The translations under genes and the position numbers were made by a program. Shown piece after piece: positions 44,704 through 54,136 of a DNA stretch of 64,000 bases. The notes under the pieces are model-generated. The model saw only the letters and a program-made list of their open reading frames with translations, ran no database searches and was not told where the DNA came from. Source of the DNA: a virus; IMG/VR virus record IMGVR_UViG_3300026291_000001, positions 311 to 64,310 of that record. One strand, given 5' to 3'. How positions within the stretch are numbered: position 1 is the stretch's first letter; every line of letters begins with the position of its first letter.

Positions 44704-45798
44704 ATGAACATTCAAATTAAAACCTTAAAAGTTAGAATCCGCGATAAACATGCAGATGTTTTGAATCGCATGTCTTTTGAAGTCAATCAAGTCTGGAATG
44801 CAGCCAATGAAACGTCTGCTGAGTTCGCTTGGGTTCCAGTGCCTGAAGTTGGCTATATGAATATGCAGACATCCGGTTTTGACTTAATGAAGGAGCTGAA
44901 AGGAATCCGCAAAGAACGAAGTATGATTATCAGTGCTAGAACTGTTCAGGAAGTAATAGCCGTCCACGCCAAGACCCGCAAACAATTCAAGAAAGACAAA
45001 CTAAGGTGGAGGTCTTCAGGTGGAGCAAGACGCGCTTTAGGATGGGTTCCTTTCAAGTCTGGATCGGCTTGTTGGATAAATGGTCAAGTCAGGTTCTGCG
45101 GTATCTATTTCAAGTGTTGGGATAGCTACGGCTTAAGCCAATACGATTTTAGAAGCGGCTGCTTCTCTGAAGATAGTCGAGGCCGCTGGTATTTCAATAT
45201 CGTAGTGCATGTCGAGGAAGAAGTCAGGCTATCAGAAGGTGGTCAGATAGGCATTGATTTAGGACTTAAGACAACGGCAACCTGTAGCAATGGCGTAGTA
45301 TTGGAACGTAAACAGTTTTATCGTAATTTAGAAGAAAAACTAGGCAAGGCACAGCGAGCTAATAAGAAGAAACTGGTTAAAACGATACATGCAAAAATTA
45401 AGAACCAACGGCTTGATGCGAATCATAAATTTAGCCGTAAAATAGTAAATGAAAACAGTTTAATAGTAGTTGGCAATGTAAGCAGTTCAGGTCTGGCAAA
45501 AACCAAGATGGCTAAGTCCGTTCTTGATGCAGGCTGGTTCATGCTAAAAACGATGATTGATTATAAATCGAAAGCGATGCAATCAGCGTTCATAGAAGTC
45601 AATGAAGCATACACTACTCAAGCGTGTTCGTGCTGTGGCTGTATAAGCTCCAGTAGTCCGAAAGGTAGACGCGATCTTGATGTAAGAGAATGGACTTGTG
45701 CCGAGTGTGGCACCGAGCATGATAGAGATATTAATGCGGCTAAGAATATTCTCTCTCTGGGACATCAGAGACTAGCAGTAGGAATCCTCTCCCTTTAG
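44704..45798 (+). CDS. tnpB: TnpB with apparently rearranged RuvC-II
   Basis: GIDLGLK, IVVGNV (no canonical E), VNEAYTTQACSCC, HDRDINAAKNI; right end GGAATCCTCTCCCTTTAGAGAGAGGAGGATGTCAA at 45781-45815. Confidence 0.9.
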   Translation: MNIQIKTLKVRIRDKHADVLNRMSFEVNQVWNAANETSAEFAWVPVPEVGYMNMQTSGFDLMKELKGIRKERSMIISARTVQEVIAVHAKTRKQFKKDKLRWRSSGGARRALGWVPFKSGSACWINGQVRFCGIYFKCWDSYGLSQYDFRSGCFSEDSRGRWYFNIVVHVEEEVRLSEGGQIGIDLGLKTTATCSNGVVLERKQFYRNLEEKLGKAQRANKKKLVKTIHAKIKNQRLDANHKFSRKIVNENSLIVVGNVSSSGLAKTKMAKSVLDAGWFMLKTMIDYKSKAMQSAFIEVNEAYTTQACSCCGCISSSSPKGRRDLDVREWTCAECGTEHDRDINAAKNILSLGHQRLAVGILSL

Positions 45799-45920
45799 AG
45801 AGAGGAGGATGTCAATTGGCAACAATGGGAAGCTAAGGCCGGTTCAAAAAATCACAGAAAAATGGACCCGGCTTTTTGGGAACTGTTTAAAATAAAAAAT
45901 CTACATTAGGGGCATATATC

Positions 45921-46403
45921 ATGAACAAGAAATTATTAACCATAGCAATGAGTGTTGCTATGACGGGAGCGCCATTAGCCGTCCACGCAAGCACTGAGTT
46001 TTTAGGCTATAAGTGCGGGGAAGGCAGTTCTCCAATTGCTTTTCAGCACAACCAATGTCTGGCAGGTGTTATTGAGCATAAAGTTATGCTGATAGGAAAT
46101 TTAGTTAAGTTGATAGACAGTACTGAAATAGGCACTGAAGCAACTGTTAGTTTGCAAAAAAGCACAGCCGGTAATATGGCTATAAGGCAAGCAGCTAATA
46201 AAGAAGCCGAGCTTATTAACCTGCAAAAAGAACAAGCGTATAAACAACGTCAGGCCGAGATGATGGCGGCTAATGCGCAAGTACAGGCACAAGCTAATCG
46301 AGACTATCTGTTGAATAATATCAACAAAAAGTTAAGTAACATACGGACGCAACAGATTGTTGATAATAACAATCTATTGTTTTATCGGATACAACATCAT
46401 TAA
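45921..46403 (+). CDS. secreted hypothetical protein
   Basis: Signal peptide MNKKLLTIAMSVAMTGAPLAVHA. Confidence 0.6.
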   Translation: MNKKLLTIAMSVAMTGAPLAVHASTEFLGYKCGEGSSPIAFQHNQCLAGVIEHKVMLIGNLVKLIDSTEIGTEATVSLQKSTAGNMAIRQAANKEAELINLQKEQAYKQRQAEMMAANAQVQAQANRDYLLNNINKKLSNIRTQQIVDNNNLLFYRIQHH

Positions 46404-46426
46404 CAAAAACTAATTAAGGAACCACT

Positions 46427-47572
46427 ATGGCACACGAGAATAATTTTTTTAGCGCACCGGCAGTTATCCCCGCTAAAAATCTAATGTCCAATGAATCGGA
46501 CAAGGGCATTGCTGAGATTCAATCAGCCATGATTATTGCCAAGAAGTTTCCGCGCGATCAACGGGCGGCGCTTGATCGTATTCTTACAGCCTGTGAGCGT
46601 CCCTCCCTGGCTGAAGTATCGCAGTACCAGTACGCTAAGGGCGGAACCGATATAACCGGTCCATCTATTCGCATGGCGGAAGCTCTTGCCATGTCTTGGG
46701 GTAACATTTCCTACGGAATAAAAGAAATATCTCAGGAAGATGGCGTTAGTACCGTACAGTCGTATGCTTGGGACATTGAGACAAACACAAGGCGAGAAAT
46801 TGTGTTCCAAGTCCCCCACATTCGTCACACCAAGAAAGGCGACTACACATTGACCGATCCGCGTGAAATATATGAGCTCGTTGCCAATCAGGGCGCGCGC
46901 CGCTTAAGAGCCTGTATCCTTGGCTTGATACCGGGCGATGTGCAGGACGCGGCGATTAATCAATGCAATGTCACGCTGAATGCAGCCTGTGATATGTCTG
47001 TTGATGCTATTACCAAAACGATTGCCGGTTTTTCTACCTTGGGCGTATCGAAAGCCGCGATTGAAAAACGCATACAGCGACGCATGGATACCATTACCGC
47101 TGCGCAAATGATTGGGCTTAAGAATATTTTTAATTCAATCCGCGATGGCATGAGTTCACCCAACGACTGGTTTGAGGGTTCTGAAAATGGCGCAAGTGAA
47201 AATCCGGAAGCTCTGGAAAAAGCGCTTATTGCTATCGACAAAGCCAGTTCTAAAGCTGAAGTTGATATTGTGTTGTCCCTTATCGACGGATTGGCCGCTT
47301 CCGATCAAAAAATAGCACGGGCAAAGTGGATGGAAAAAGTCGCGGAATTGAAGAAAAGCAAAGCTAGCCTTTTACCTGGAGTAAAAGCAAAAGCTAAAGC
47401 AGAAGCCAAACCGGAAGCAAAAGAAGAAGCCAAAGAACGCAACTGGCTACAGGAAATTAAGGAGTGCGGCGATAAGAATATGCTGAATGCTCTGCTTGAT
47501 GAAGTCCCGGAAGATGTGCAGATGGAAAACCAAGAGTTAATTGATGAGTGCTTGGATGCGTTGAGGGATTGA
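46427..47572 (+). CDS. putative single-strand annealing/recombination protein
   Basis: AKKFPRD...YQYAKGGTDITGPSIRMAEALAMSWGN, a conserved phage protein found beside exonucleases. Confidence 0.6.
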   Translation: MAHENNFFSAPAVIPAKNLMSNESDKGIAEIQSAMIIAKKFPRDQRAALDRILTACERPSLAEVSQYQYAKGGTDITGPSIRMAEALAMSWGNISYGIKEISQEDGVSTVQSYAWDIETNTRREIVFQVPHIRHTKKGDYTLTDPREIYELVANQGARRLRACILGLIPGDVQDAAINQCNVTLNAACDMSVDAITKTIAGFSTLGVSKAAIEKRIQRRMDTITAAQMIGLKNIFNSIRDGMSSPNDWFEGSENGASENPEALEKALIAIDKASSKAEVDIVLSLIDGLAASDQKIARAKWMEKVAELKKSKASLLPGVKAKAKAEAKPEAKEEAKERNWLQEIKECGDKNMLNALLDEVPEDVQMENQELIDECLDALRD

Positions 47573-47790
47573 TTATCAAAAAATTACATATTTCCTGCAG
47601 CCCACTATCTGGGACTATTTTTGCAGGCACGGTTTTAAAAGACGGCAGGACATGGTCTTCTAATAAGCAGGATGTTACCATAGAGGCACTGATAGCCGTT
47701 GCAGAGCATGTGCTAAAATTTGGGAGTCCTGTAGAGATAACACAGGAAAATGGAACGATAGAATACAGAATAACAGTCGAGAAATTCTAA
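47548..47790 (+). CDS. hypothetical protein
   Basis: SPLSGTIFAGTV...KQDVT.EAL.AVAEH. Confidence 0.5.
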   Translation: MLGCVEGLIIKKLHISCSPLSGTIFAGTVLKDGRTWSSNKQDVTIEALIAVAEHVLKFGSPVEITQENGTIEYRITVEKF

Positions 47791-48167
47791 TGAACACCGT
47801 AGAAATACCCTGGCCACCTAGCTTCTTATCCCCAAATAGCCGTTGCCATTGGCGAACCAAGGCCAGTGTCGGCAAGAAATATAAAAGGGATTGCTTTTAT
47901 CTCTGCAAAGAAGCAGGGTTCACTAAGCTGGAATTACCGGTAGGCGAGAAAGTACATGTGTTTATGGATTACTACCAGCCCAGCAGGCACGAGAATGATC
48001 AAGACAATATGCAGGCCAGCGCAAAATTCCTTTTAGATGCGATAGCTGAAGCCCTGGGCATTAACGACAACCGCTTTGTGCTGCACCCTTTCTTTACAGA
48101 TGCGTTGGGCGGTAAAATAGTGGTTCGCATAGCAACGCTTGGAGAGCGTGATGAAAAACAGGTTTAA
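47790..48167 (+). CDS. rusA: RusA-like Holliday junction resolvase
   Basis: PWPPSFLSPN...ENDQDNMQASAKFLLDAIAEALGINDNRF. Confidence 0.7.
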   Translation: MNTVEIPWPPSFLSPNSRCHWRTKASVGKKYKRDCFYLCKEAGFTKLELPVGEKVHVFMDYYQPSRHENDQDNMQASAKFLLDAIAEALGINDNRFVLHPFFTDALGGKIVVRIATLGERDEKQV

Positions 48168-48170
48168 CCC

Positions 48171-48263
48171 ATGATCCAGGCACAAGTAAAACTTAGGCTC
48201 AACGTCATTCAGTCATCATTACTGGATGGATGGTTATTTATGCTCACCGGAGATTTATCATGA
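48171..48263 (+). pseudogene. tnpB: tnpB N-terminal stub (30 aa)
   Basis: MIQAQVKLRLNVIQSSLLDGWLFMLTG resembles the N-terminus of a TnpB subfamily; an IS605-type right end is present at 48863-48897. Confidence 0.6.
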
Positions 48264-48856
48264 CGGAATTAGAAACAGCTTGGCTTGCTGGCATTCTTGA
48301 AGGCGAAGGATGTTTTAGCTGGTATGCATCAACACGGGAGTATGGTAAACCCACAGTTAAGCTTGCTATGAGCGACTTCGATATTGTTGAACGTGCAGCT
48401 AAAATAATGGTGGCAAAAACCGTAAGGCCAGTAAAGACGGATAGGCCGGACAGATTGGAAAGTCTTAATTATAAACCCATGTTTAAATGCTGTGTTTCTA
48501 CAACAAAGGCAGCGGTATTAATGGAAAAAATTCTTCCTTATATGGGAGAGCGTAGAAGCGCGAAAATTAAAGAATTGCTTGATTTGTGGGTAAAAAGGCC
48601 AGGATATAAGGCAACAAGTTTGGCTATACGATCTGGAAATGTAGCTAGATGGGATAAACAAAGTTTGCCTGTTAGCACACTTAATATCATTGAAGAACTC
48701 TCTATAAGTGGTTTGTCACAGTATAAAATTGCTGACAAACTGAATCAGGAAAGCGTACCTACCAGAACAGGTGTTGGTAAGTGGTCTCAAACACAAGTAG
48801 GCCGAACACTACGTTTAGGACAGCCCTCGAATGGAATTATGCAAAATGTCGCGTAA
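48260..48856 (+). CDS. LAGLIDADG homing endonuclease with C-terminal HTH
   Basis: AWLAGILEGEGCF, VKLAMSDFDIVER, ILPYMGERRSAKI; C-terminal IADKLNQESVPTRTG.GKWS.TQV. Confidence 0.85.
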   Translation: MTELETAWLAGILEGEGCFSWYASTREYGKPTVKLAMSDFDIVERAAKIMVAKTVRPVKTDRPDRLESLNYKPMFKCCVSTTKAAVLMEKILPYMGERRSAKIKELLDLWVKRPGYKATSLAIRSGNVARWDKQSLPVSTLNIIEELSISGLSQYKIADKLNQESVPTRTGVGKWSQTQVGRTLRLGQPSNGIMQNVA

Positions 48857-48862
48857 CTCTTT

Positions 48863-48897
48863 CAGGAATCCACCGGATTTATTCGTGGGGAAGTTCA
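48863..48897 (+). mobile_element. IS200/IS605-type right end
   Basis: CAGGAATCCACCGGATTTATTCGTGGGGAAGTTCA hairpin, similar to the right end at 45781-45815. Confidence 0.7.
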
Positions 48898-48920
48898 GCT
48901 AAATTAAATGGAGAAATATA

Positions 48921-49127
48921 ATGGCTTTAAAAATGCACCCGGTAAAATCATCAAACATAACTCACATAGGCCACGATAATAATACGTTGCATGTTACCTA
49001 TTCAAGTGGACAGACATACGAATTTAAAGATGTCACAGAGGATCAATTTCATAAATTGATGGCAGCGAAAAGCCATGGTAAATATCTTAACAAGATGAAC
49101 ATTATAGGTGAAAAGCTTAAAAAATAA
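48921..49127 (+). CDS. KTSC domain protein
   Basis: MHPVKSSNITHIGHD...LHVTYSSGQTYEFKDV....LMAAKSHGKY. Confidence 0.85.
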   Translation: MALKMHPVKSSNITHIGHDNNTLHVTYSSGQTYEFKDVTEDQFHKLMAAKSHGKYLNKMNIIGEKLKK

Positions 49128-49188
49128 TTACCACTTTTCAAAAACTTAAGCTTATAATCGAATAAACCTCAATAAATCAGGTAGTCCT

Positions 49189-49551
49189 GTGATCCTGTTA
49201 ATCTTTATTCTAATCGCCCAATTCCTGGGCATCTTCGGTCACTGGCTGACGCGCTGGGTTCAAGGCCGTACCACGAGTACTTTCAAAGAATATATGCTCG
49301 GCATGAAAGCACAGACGCTACAATCCTTAATGGCTAGTATCGCCTCGGCACTGACTATCTATGCGTCCTTGCCTGATACCTTAACGGGTAAACCGTTGTT
49401 GCTGGTTTTGATAGGCGCGTATACCGCAGGCTTTTCTTTTGATAGTTCGCTTAACAGGGATATAGGAGCCTGGGTCCCTGAAACTACGCGAGAACAGCGC
49501 AGCACGCCTTTAAAGATTCCCGATAACGAAAATATGGCAATAGAGCCGTGA
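49189..49551 (+). CDS. membrane protein, holin-like
   Basis: Three hydrophobic segments. Confidence 0.45.
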   Translation: MILLIFILIAQFLGIFGHWLTRWVQGRTTSTFKEYMLGMKAQTLQSLMASIASALTIYASLPDTLTGKPLLLVLIGAYTAGFSFDSSLNRDIGAWVPETTREQRSTPLKIPDNENMAIEP

Positions 49552-49704
49552 TAGTCATAGTTGAAGTTTTGCGTCTGTTTATTATTCTGGTGATTTTGAT
49601 TATCGGTTTTGCGGCGATTGCCTATGCGGTGTGCCCAGTGAACGAGTTGTCCGGTAGCGGCTTTGATTAATTTTTTTTAGGAGTGATTACAAGGAGTTTT
49701 TTAG

Positions 49705-50238
49705 ATGGCTGAAAAAAAAGATGTTGATTGGGACTTGATTGAAAAGGATTACAGATCAGGAATAAAATCATTAAGGAATATTGGTTCTGAGTTTGGTGTC
49801 AGTGACATGCTGATACGACGAAAAGCCAAACAAGAACATTGGATAAGAAACTTAAAAGAAAAAATTATTGATAGAGCTGATGAGATAGTGTTCTCAAATG
49901 GTGTTCGCGATAAAATTCGTATAGCTGAATATGATACTGTAGAAAGCAAGGCCGCTCAGATTGCATGTGTTCTCTTAAGCGAACGCGCTGACATAATAAA
50001 GCTGTCAGGAATCGCTGAAAAATATGAATTAGAGCTTGAAGATTATCAGGAAGACCCTGAGAAAAAATTCAGAACGCTTAAATGTGCTGTCGATATTCGT
50101 GAAAAAATCTTTAATCTTCGCCGCCGTAATTACAACATCAATGACGCATACAACAGTAATGAACAATCTATGGAAATAACGGAAATCAAGCGTATTATCG
50201 TCAGAGTTAATGGAAATCAAAACCCCGGAAGTATTTGA
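49705..50238 (+). CDS. terS: terminase small subunit
   Basis: VDWDLIEKDYRSG.KSLR.IG.EFGVS...IRRKAKQEHW.R; directly upstream of terL. Confidence 0.8.
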   Translation: MAEKKDVDWDLIEKDYRSGIKSLRNIGSEFGVSDMLIRRKAKQEHWIRNLKEKIIDRADEIVFSNGVRDKIRIAEYDTVESKAAQIACVLLSERADIIKLSGIAEKYELELEDYQEDPEKKFRTLKCAVDIREKIFNLRRRNYNINDAYNSNEQSMEITEIKRIIVRVNGNQNPGSI

Positions 50239-51418
50239 ATCGCTGTTAGAACCAAGCCGCTACAAAGGCATTTTTGGCGGGCGCGGCTCTGGAAAATCAT
50301 GGTTTTTTGCAGAGGCAATGATTGAACAACATATTATCAAAAAGATTAACTCCGTGTGTGTTCGGGAAATACAAAAATCACTGAGCCAGTCTGTTAAAAA
50401 ACTGCTTGAACTAAAAATAGAAAGCATGGGCGTCGGCCATTTATTCGATGTGCAAGAGTCCGTCATCAAAGCCAAAAATGGCGGTCAGATAATATTCCAA
50501 GGGATGCAAAACCACACCGCCGATTCTATCAAGTCTCTGGAAGGATATGATCTTGCATGGGTCGAAGAGGCGCAATCACTCAGTCAACGCTCTTTAGACC
50601 TGCTCAGGCCAACGATTAGAAAACCTAAATCGGAACTGTGGTTCAGTTGGAATCCTGGGCAGGACACGGACCCTATCGATGTGTTATTACGAGGAAAACA
50701 GCCACCTTCTGATGCTATCGTTGTACAAGCCAATTACTCGGATAATCCCTGGTTCCCTGATGTACTACGGCAAGAAATGGAGTACGATAAACGCCGGGAC
50801 CCTGATAAATACGCACACGTCTGGCTGGGTGAATATCTACGTAACAGCGAAGCGCGGGTATTCAGAAACTGGGTGATTGAAGAGTTTGAAGCGCCCCTGG
50901 GAACCTGTTTCAATTTTGGGGCAGACTGGGGTTACTCTAACGATCCCAGCGTATTAGTGCGTTGTTACCCGGATGGAAACAGGCTCTATATTGATTATGA
51001 GGCGTATTTGATTGGCTGTGAAATCGTTAATTTGCCTGCGTTATTCAACACCGTACCTGAGTCTGAAAAATGGTTCATTACAGCAGACAGCGCACGACCT
51101 GAAACAATCTCATATATGCAACAGCACGGCTATCCAAGGATGTCGGCAGCTATCAAAGGAGTTGGCTCGGTGGAAGAAGGCGTTACGTTTTTACAGTCGT
51201 TTGACATAGTAGTGCATCCTCGCTGCAAACATACGATTGATGAGCTATCGATGTACAGTTATAAAATAGACAAGCATACTGACCAGGTTATGCCGTTGCT
51301 GGAAGATAAGAATAATCACGTTGTAGACTCAATCCGTTACGCATGTGAAGGAGCAAGACGCTACAAACAAACTAAGTACATAGAAGAACCGCGAGAGGCC
51401 GCAGACTGGCGGTTTTGA
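50210..51418 (+). CDS. terL: terminase large subunit, PBSX family
   Basis: Walker A GGRGSGKS, Walker B WVEEAQ, nuclease GADWG...DSARPE...NHVVDSIRYA. Confidence 0.95.
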   Translation: MEIKTPEVFESLLEPSRYKGIFGGRGSGKSWFFAEAMIEQHIIKKINSVCVREIQKSLSQSVKKLLELKIESMGVGHLFDVQESVIKAKNGGQIIFQGMQNHTADSIKSLEGYDLAWVEEAQSLSQRSLDLLRPTIRKPKSELWFSWNPGQDTDPIDVLLRGKQPPSDAIVVQANYSDNPWFPDVLRQEMEYDKRRDPDKYAHVWLGEYLRNSEARVFRNWVIEEFEAPLGTCFNFGADWGYSNDPSVLVRCYPDGNRLYIDYEAYLIGCEIVNLPALFNTVPESEKWFITADSARPETISYMQQHGYPRMSAAIKGVGSVEEGVTFLQSFDIVVHPRCKHTIDELSMYSYKIDKHTDQVMPLLEDKNNHVVDSIRYACEGARRYKQTKYIEEPREAADWRF

Positions 51419-51420
51419 TT

Positions 51421-51516
51421 TGTAGGTACGTTGCTACATTATAATGTAGATATGTTGCTACATTTAATTGTAGGTACGTTGCTACATTGATAAATAAGTA
51501 GGTACGTTGCTACTTT
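51421..51516. repeat. 4 copies of a quasi-palindromic GTAGGTACGTTGCTAC unit
   Basis: Starts at 51421, 51445, 51469, 51497 (period 24, 24, 28). Confidence 0.85.
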
Positions 51517-51533
51517 CGCACTTTTGCGAATTG

Positions 51534-51677
51534 AACACTGTTTAATAGCTAAACAACGTTTAATTAATTAAAAAACAACGTTTAATTAATTATTGAACAA
51601 CGTTTAATTACTTATTAAACAATGTTTAATTAAAATTAAAAAACACTGTTTAATTAATTTATTAAACAACGTTTAAT
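51534..51677. repeat. 7 copies of AACAA/CC/TGTTTAAT, iteron-like
   Basis: Starts at 51534, 51552, 51574, 51596, 51618, 51642, 51665 (mostly 22-24 bp period); palindromic core TTAAAC-N3-GTTTAA; extremely AT-rich. Confidence 0.85.
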
Positions 51678-51715
51678 TATTTATTCCCCCTGCCGTGAGG
51701 CACAGGAGTTACACC

Positions 51716-53944
51716 ATGTTTTCAGATACCGAACGCGAACCCGAAGACCTTCTACAAGAACAAGAAGGCTTGTCTTTAGAACGCTTTACCAAGTTCTTTC
51801 ACGAGATTCTGCACCAGCCAGCATGGCGACGAGAAGCGGACCGGGAAGCGGATTATAAGGACGGCAATCAAATATCGGCGGAAGTTCTTGAAAAGATGAA
51901 GCGGATCGGGATGCCGCCCGCCGTTGATAATGTTATAGCAGTCGCCATTGAGTCTATCCTGGGCATGGAAGCCAAGAAAAGAACCGATTGGCGGGTGATA
52001 CCGGACTCAGATAAGGAAGGCCAGGAGGTTGCCGACGCCTATAACTACAAACTCAGTCAGGCCGAGCGTAAAAGCCGCGCTGACCGTTCCTGCTCGGATG
52101 CCTATGAGTCACAAGTGGGAGTTGGCATTGGCTGGGTCGAAGTCTCACGGGAACCGGACCCGTTTAAATACCCGTACCGCTGCACCTTCGTCCATCGCAA
52201 CGAGATTTGGTGGGACTGGAAAGCGAAAGAATCCATGCTAGACGATGGCCGGTACTTGATCAGGATGAAATGGATTGATAAGGATATTGCTAAGCTCATG
52301 TTTCCGGATCACGCCGACCTGCTGGAATACTCAATCTCAGGCTGGACCGGCTTTGATGCGTTCATGTTGGATGGCGGTAAGTCTACGAATCTGGTCATGG
52401 CGAACGACGTTGAGCGTGGCTGGACGATAGAGGAACAGGAATGGCGCAACATAGAGCATAAGCAAATACGGTTGTTCGAGGTCTGGTATCGGGAATGGAG
52501 TAATGTCCTGGTATTGAACATGCCCGATGGCCGCGTCGTGGAGCTGGATCAGGACAATGATATGCACATGATGGCCGTGGCTTCGGGGATACAACCAGAG
52601 TATAAAATTATAAGCAAACTCAATAAATCATTTTGGGCTGGACCCCATAAGTTGGAAGACACCCCGTCTCCTTATTTGCATCATCACTTCACGTATGTAC
52701 CATTCTGGGCGCATAAGGAAGACCGTACCGGCGTTCCCTTTGGGCGAATCAGGGGAATGATGTTCGCGCAAGACAATATCAATGCGACGATCAGTAAAAT
52801 ACGCTGGGGCTTATCGGCTACGGTTACCACACGCACCAAAGGAGCTGTGTTATCTACCGATTCTAATTTCCGGACCAATATCAGCCGACCAGATGCCGAC
52901 GTGATCCTCGATCAGCAACACATGTCCATGCCCGGCGCCACGTTTAAGGTAGACCGAAACTTTGAGCTGAACGAACAGCAATACAAAATGCTGCAAGACG
53001 CCCGGTTATCGGTGAAAAACTCAGGCATAAGCGATGAGTTCCAGGGTAATAACAACACCTCAACCAGCGGAGTGCAGTTTAACGCGCAGGTTGAACAGAG
53101 CAACCAAAACCTGGCCAACGTCGATGATAATTTCAAGGAATCGCGCTCACAGGTCGGTGAATTGCTGTTAAGTATGATTATCCAGGACGATATCGGCAAG
53201 CCGCAGGAAGTCAAGATACCCGGTTCGGTGTTGAAAGAGGATAAGGTGATACAGCTCAATCAACCTATTACGGATGAAGACGGTTTTCAGTATTTGAATA
53301 ACGACGTAGAACGGACTATTTTGAAAGTTGACCTCGAGGAGATTCCTTCCAACGCCAGCTACCAGTCCCAGCAATTAGCCGCACTAAGCGAGGCTTTTAA
53401 GGCCGCTCCACCAGAATATCAACGGATTATTCTTCCCCACATGTTACAGCTTTCCAATATCCCGGATAAGCAAGATATCATTTCACAAATAAAAGCTGCC
53501 GACTCACAACCCAGCCCTGAACAGCAAGCTATTGAGGCTAAACTCAAAGAGATTGAGATCAAGCAGATGTTGGCTGATGCGCAGATTAAGACGCTTGAAG
53601 CAACGGCTACCAAAACCCTTGTTGATGCTCAGTTTGCAAGTATGCAGGCTGGTTCTCAGGTGGTGCTCCAACCTGCTATCGCGCCGGTAGCTGATCAGGT
53701 TCTTATCAATGCAGGTTATAGAGAGCCAATTAATCCTCCAGGCCAAGACCCCGGATTTAGTAATCAGCCTTACCAGCAACCGCAACAACCGACACAACCT
53801 TCTCCTGAAGCCCAGCAACAAGCAAGGCTAGGACAGCAACAGTTAACACCAAACACCTCGCCACAAAGCCCAGCCGTGCCACAACAGGCAGGTTCGGCAC
53901 AGGCCGGTATTGAAACATCACGAAATGAAAATATGGGAGCCTAG
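51716..53944 (+). CDS. portal protein (P22-like)
   Basis: PAWRREADREADYKDGNQ, VGVGIGWVEV, FTYVPFW, SGVQFNAQVEQS; follows terL. Confidence 0.88.
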   Translation: MFSDTEREPEDLLQEQEGLSLERFTKFFHEILHQPAWRREADREADYKDGNQISAEVLEKMKRIGMPPAVDNVIAVAIESILGMEAKKRTDWRVIPDSDKEGQEVADAYNYKLSQAERKSRADRSCSDAYESQVGVGIGWVEVSREPDPFKYPYRCTFVHRNEIWWDWKAKESMLDDGRYLIRMKWIDKDIAKLMFPDHADLLEYSISGWTGFDAFMLDGGKSTNLVMANDVERGWTIEEQEWRNIEHKQIRLFEVWYREWSNVLVLNMPDGRVVELDQDNDMHMMAVASGIQPEYKIISKLNKSFWAGPHKLEDTPSPYLHHHFTYVPFWAHKEDRTGVPFGRIRGMMFAQDNINATISKIRWGLSATVTTRTKGAVLSTDSNFRTNISRPDADVILDQQHMSMPGATFKVDRNFELNEQQYKMLQDARLSVKNSGISDEFQGNNNTSTSGVQFNAQVEQSNQNLANVDDNFKESRSQVGELLLSMIIQDDIGKPQEVKIPGSVLKEDKVIQLNQPITDEDGFQYLNNDVERTILKVDLEEIPSNASYQSQQLAALSEAFKAAPPEYQRIILPHMLQLSNIPDKQDIISQIKAADSQPSPEQQAIEAKLKEIEIKQMLADAQIKTLEATATKTLVDAQFASMQAGSQVVLQPAIAPVADQVLINAGYREPINPPGQDPGFSNQPYQQPQQPTQPSPEAQQQARLGQQQLTPNTSPQSPAVPQQAGSAQAGIETSRNENMGA

Positions 53945-53946
53945 AT

Positions 53947-54123
53947 ATGAGATTCCAACCCGAAACTACTAACGATTATTCACAATTCAACGAAGAACTG
54001 GGTTACTGTTCCAACTGCTTTGGAAGTGCGGAAGGGAATATTTCAGGCGACCGCTGCACAGTTTGCAACGGCTCCGGCATGGAACCCAATGGCAACGAGG
54101 ACGATAATGATGATTTCGACTAA
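53947..54123 (+). CDS. small zinc-finger protein (58 aa)
   Basis: CSNCFGSAEG...CTVCNGSG DnaJ-type CxxCxG motifs; acidic tail; not in the ORF track. Confidence 0.55.
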   Translation: MRFQPETTNDYSQFNEELGYCSNCFGSAEGNISGDRCTVCNGSGMEPNGNEDDNDDFD

Positions 54124-54136
54124 ACCGGAAGCACAA

